Positions 47,782 through 50,229 of a stretch of DNA of 50,229 nt are shown one piece after another. The DNA is taken from positions 1 to 50,229 of the IMG/VR virus record IMGVR_UViG_3300020414_000439. One strand, written 5' to 3'. Position numbers and translations under genes: made by a program. The DNA comes from a virus (lineage: Duplodnaviria; Caudoviricetes). Positions within the stretch are counted from its first letter, which is position 1, and each line of letters begins with the position of its first letter. The notes under the pieces were generated by a model. It was not told the DNA's origin and made no database searches. It worked only from the letters and a program-made list of their open reading frames with translations.

Positions 47782-47817
47782 GATGAAATAAAAATGTGTG
47801 AGTTGAATTGTATACTA

Positions 47818-48186
47818 TCACATATAAAGATAACCGCCCGCCCAATCAGCACGATAGAAACATTCTTCACGAGAGTTATCATCAAGCAAATTAAATCGGA
47901 TATGCTTTGCAGGTGCTTTCCATGATGCTGCTTTATATACGTTGCCAAACTTTTTCTCAATGAATGCATGAACGCTACGCGAACCTGCTTCAGTTTCCAT
48001 TACAATTTTATGGTATTTCCTACCACTTTCGATGTAGAATTTGTAACCAGAATCTCTGCCGTTATTTCTACCTTTGAAATCTTGCATCAATGCTTCACAG
48101 AGCATTTCAGAATACTTGAGAACTTGTGTGAGTTGTTGTTGCATTTGAGGTTGAGATTGTTTGAAGTCGGTGAAAGATTGGCGCAT
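47818..48186 (-). CDS. Phage hypothetical protein (122 aa)
   Basis: GRKYHKIV...SVHAFI...G.VYKAASWKAPAKH.RFNL...ADWAGGYLY; start trimmed to MRQSF. Confidence 0.85.
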   Translation of the reverse strand: MRQSFTDFKQSQPQMQQQLTQVLKYSEMLCEALMQDFKGRNNGRDSGYKFYIESGRKYHKIVMETEAGSRSVHAFIEKKFGNVYKAASWKAPAKHIRFNLLDDNSREECFYRADWAGGYLYM

Positions 48187-48191
48187 AATAA

Positions 48192-48443
48192 TCAGCAGGC
48201 GAGACACATAGCAGAGTTAAAGAGTTGCGGTTCCATGTGCATGTCTGTCACTTCATAACCATAACCCTCAACGCGAGAATCTACCTCACGATCAAAATCA
48301 CGCTTCAAGATGTAACGCTTAGACTGAGATTGTCCCATGAATGTAACAATCTTCAGAATGTAGCGGGTGCTGATATCACCATCAGCAAACTTGACGGGAT
48401 AGAAATCGACAACCATGTTGGCATCTTTTGAGGTGAGTTGCAT
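48192..48443 (-). CDS. Hypothetical protein (83 aa, MQLTSKDANMVVDFYP...)
   Basis: First ORF after the boxed promoter at 48473. Confidence 0.8.
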   Translation of the reverse strand: MQLTSKDANMVVDFYPVKFADGDISTRYILKIVTFMGQSQSKRYILKRDFDREVDSRVEGYGYEVTDMHMEPQLFNSAMCLAC

Positions 48444-48472
48444 GTGCTTTGCTCTGTTCCTTGGACTCTTTA

Positions 48473-48530
48473 ATAATACACCATTCTGAGACGCCTACAA
48501 GCGTCTGTGTGCCACTTTGAGGGGTGTCAC
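48473..48530 (-). promoter_or_regulatory. Early promoter with paired boxes
   Basis: -10 TATTAT at 48473-48478; GTGCCAC at 48509-48515; GTGTCAC at 48524-48530. Confidence 0.75.
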
Positions 48531-48817
48531 ACCCATAAACCCTCCAGTCCCTTTAATTTGAGTTGCATCGCCGTATATGGTGTGGTATTGTTGATGCTTA
48601 CTGGTTCACCTAGTTTCTTACTATTGATGGGGGCAATGTATTCACGCTGTTTGACATTGTAGAATCCCCAAATTGTCTTTGCAGGAATACCGCCATTGTA
48701 AGTGAACTCAGCATGATTGCAACACCAAATGCGTAGAACATTGCGTCGAAACGTTTCAACTTCATAAGTGTAGTTTTCGGGTGGTTCATGTATGAAATCT
48801 ATAGGAAGTTCCATCAA
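48527..48817 (-). CDS. Hypothetical protein (~96 aa)
   Basis: F.HEPPE.Y.Y...IW....TIWGFY....APIN....TTPYTAMQL; stop inside a promoter box. Confidence 0.8.
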   Translation of the reverse strand: MMELPIDFIHEPPENYTYEVETFRRNVLRIWCCNHAEFTYNGGIPAKTIWGFYNVKQREYIAPINSKKLGEPVSINNTTPYTAMQLKLKGLEGLWV

Positions 48818-48981
48818 AAAATGTTAGTCCATGAACGTTGTTGTGCTTGGGTGATTCTACCATCAGCGGCAAGACCATCAACAACACGACAGAAAATTTG
48901 AAACTTTTCCTCACGAGTGAGATTTTGATCAACACTCATTGCAGTTTCACCAACAACTTTGAGCACTTGTTTTTTCAGCAT
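48814..48981 (-). CDS. Hypothetical protein (55 aa, MLKKQVLKVV...WTNIF)
   Basis: Trimmed to the ATG 2 nt after the upstream stop; paralog-like to 49123..49314. Confidence 0.75.
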   Translation of the reverse strand: MLKKQVLKVVGETAMSVDQNLTREEKFQIFCRVVDGLAADGRITQAQQRSWTNIF

Positions 48982-48982
48982 T

Positions 48983-49123
48983 TTACTGAGCGAGATTCCA
49001 GAAACGTTGTGAAGCGATTGTCGCTTGCTGTTCAATAGTTAAGTCAGGATATTCTTCCTGAACTTGTTCAAACAGAGATTCCATGATCTCTGTATTTGTA
49101 TCACATGACATAAGTTTTTCCAT
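48983..49123 (-). CDS. Hypothetical acidic protein (46 aa, MEKLMSCDTNTEIMESLFEQ...FWNLAQ; not in the ORF track)
   Basis: Hand translation; TAATG overlap with the upstream gene. Confidence 0.7.
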   Translation of the reverse strand: MEKLMSCDTNTEIMESLFEQVQEEYPDLTIEQQATIASQRFWNLAQ

Positions 49124-49314
49124 TAGAAAGGGTTGCTCCATGTCTCGTATTGTTTGAGACTAATTTCATCACACTTGCAAAGCATATCAGTGAAGTCACC
49201 GAACGCAATACGCTTTGCAACTTTGTCAGTTTTGAGTGCAGGATTCTGCATTGTTGCTACTTTCCAGTTGTAACGGAATTGCTCAACAACTTGTGCTTTG
49301 GTGTAGTGACGCAT
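49123..49314 (-). CDS. Hypothetical protein (63 aa, MRHYTKAQVVEQF...WSNPF)
   Basis: First ORF after the boxed promoter at 49343. Confidence 0.8.
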   Translation of the reverse strand: MRHYTKAQVVEQFRYNWKVATMQNPALKTDKVAKRIAFGDFTDMLCKCDEISLKQYETWSNPF

Positions 49315-49342
49315 GGTGGTTTCCCTTGATTGCTATAAACAT

Positions 49343-49401
49343 AGTATGACACAGGATCGGACCCAATGGGGCGATCAGTGGACACTTTGACAAACTGGCA
49401 C
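49343..49401 (-). promoter_or_regulatory. Early promoter with paired boxes
   Basis: TG-extended -10 CATACT at 49343-49348; TGGACAC at 49379-49385; CTGGCAC at 49395-49401. Confidence 0.7.
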
Positions 49402-49402
49402 A

Positions 49403-50229
49403 TCAGCAGTAGGCAAGAGGGGGGATGCCCTCTAGAAAGATTTGATTAACAACGTTCTGCAATCTTGCTGCGATAGCATTACCCATCTTGTAACCTGTTG
49501 GCATAGTAACAACACCTTCCTGCTTTTTATAGAGGTGAAATGCACCAGCAGGGATGCGACCTTCAGCAACAGCAGCGCGGTCATCTTTATGCACACGGAT
49601 AACACGACCGATTGTCTGTGCCATCTCAACAATAGGCAGATTTCTGAGCAGAATAGTATGTGTCAACCCAGGCACATTGATGCCCTCACTGAGAATAGAA
49701 TAATGGAAGATCACAAACTTTTTAGTGTCATCAGCACCCCAAGATTGCAGAGTGGTGAAGAACTCTTCACGACCAACTTTCTTGTCGTTGATGATAGCAC
49801 CGAACTTAGAGGTGATGTGCATCACTTCATAACCTTTCTTGTAGAAATACTCAAGAATGTCAGTGTGTCCGAGCATATTGCCAAGAACCTTAGAAGATGG
49901 AGCAGCAACCAGAACTTTAGGTTTCTGGAATACATCGAGTTGCTCAAACATATCCTTCAAGTTTTCAGCATCAACCTCATGTGCGTTGACTTTGTTACGA
50001 GTGCGATTTGTCTCGAAAGGAACAACACGAGGGGGAACGATTGCACCTGCTTCGATGAGTTCCTTGGCAGGAACATTGCAGAGCACACCACCCCAAACAT
50101 CAGTGTTATTCATGCCGCGAGCAACACTCACACCACGACCAGTTTTAGGGGTTGCAGTGAAATAATAACGACGCTTAGCATACTGAGCAGTAGCAAAGAC
50201 GCTAGTGAAGAAGTGCTTACCGCACCCAT
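49403..50229 (-). CDS. Superfamily-2 (DEAD/ResIII-like) helicase, C-terminal part (starts beyond the right edge)
   Basis: The frame is open to the window edge; motif III FTATP, motif V ILSEGINVPGL, motif VI QTIGRVIR. Confidence 0.88.
   Translation of the reverse strand, partial: GCGKHFFTSVFATAQYAKRRYYFTATPKTGRGVSVARGMNNTDVWGGVLCNVPAKELIEAGAIVPPRVVPFETNRTRNKVNAHEVDAENLKDMFEQLDVFQKPKVLVAAPSSKVLGNMLGHTDILEYFYKKGYEVMHITSKFGAIINDKKVGREEFFTTLQSWGADDTKKFVIFHYSILSEGINVPGLTHTILLRNLPIVEMAQTIGRVIRVHKDDRAAVAEGRIPAGAFHLYKKQEGVVTMPTGYKMGNAIAARLQNVVNQIFLEGIPPLAYC

Noticed and set aside
45607-49401. Repeated GTGCCAC boxes read as a CRISPR array or integron attC sites
   Set aside because: The repeats are only 7-12 nt, spaced 470-980 bp apart by genes, and sit at a fixed distance from -10 boxes. 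No cas or integrase gene is in the window.
1-50229. tRNA, rRNA or photosynthesis/auxiliary metabolic genes
   Set aside because: None was recognised by eye, and the intergenic gaps show no cloverleaf or T-loop signature. A tRNAscan or Infernal run would be needed to exclude them formally.

Overview
A 50 kb segment of a T4-like marine cyanomyophage (Synechococcus/Prochlorococcus phage type). The assignment is by recognition of motifs and gene order, not a database search. Essentially all real genes are on the minus strand. In transcription order, from the right end: a partial superfamily-2 helicase; about 20 tiny early-type genes behind seven related promoters carrying paired GTG(N)CAC boxes; a non-coding junction with three TTTTCCACA boxes and RNA hairpins; then the late baseplate/tail cluster (small ORFs, an 841-aa protein, a PAAR-type spike, gp25, gp6, a 7041-aa gp7, a gp9/10-like connector, a 1393-aa YHYH-type protein, gp8, VrlC and the start of a tail fiber gene). 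The most striking observation is inside gp7: eight copies of a ~105-aa domain are recursively nested inside one another like balanced parentheses (depth 5, branched), and a ninth copy is circularly permuted and inserted in a LamG domain. Other leads are intact type-1 copper motifs on putative virion proteins, a pseudoknot/hairpin switch at the 5' end of the gp25-gp6 late transcript, a possible DnaA-box origin or decoy, and a cassette-like early gene array.
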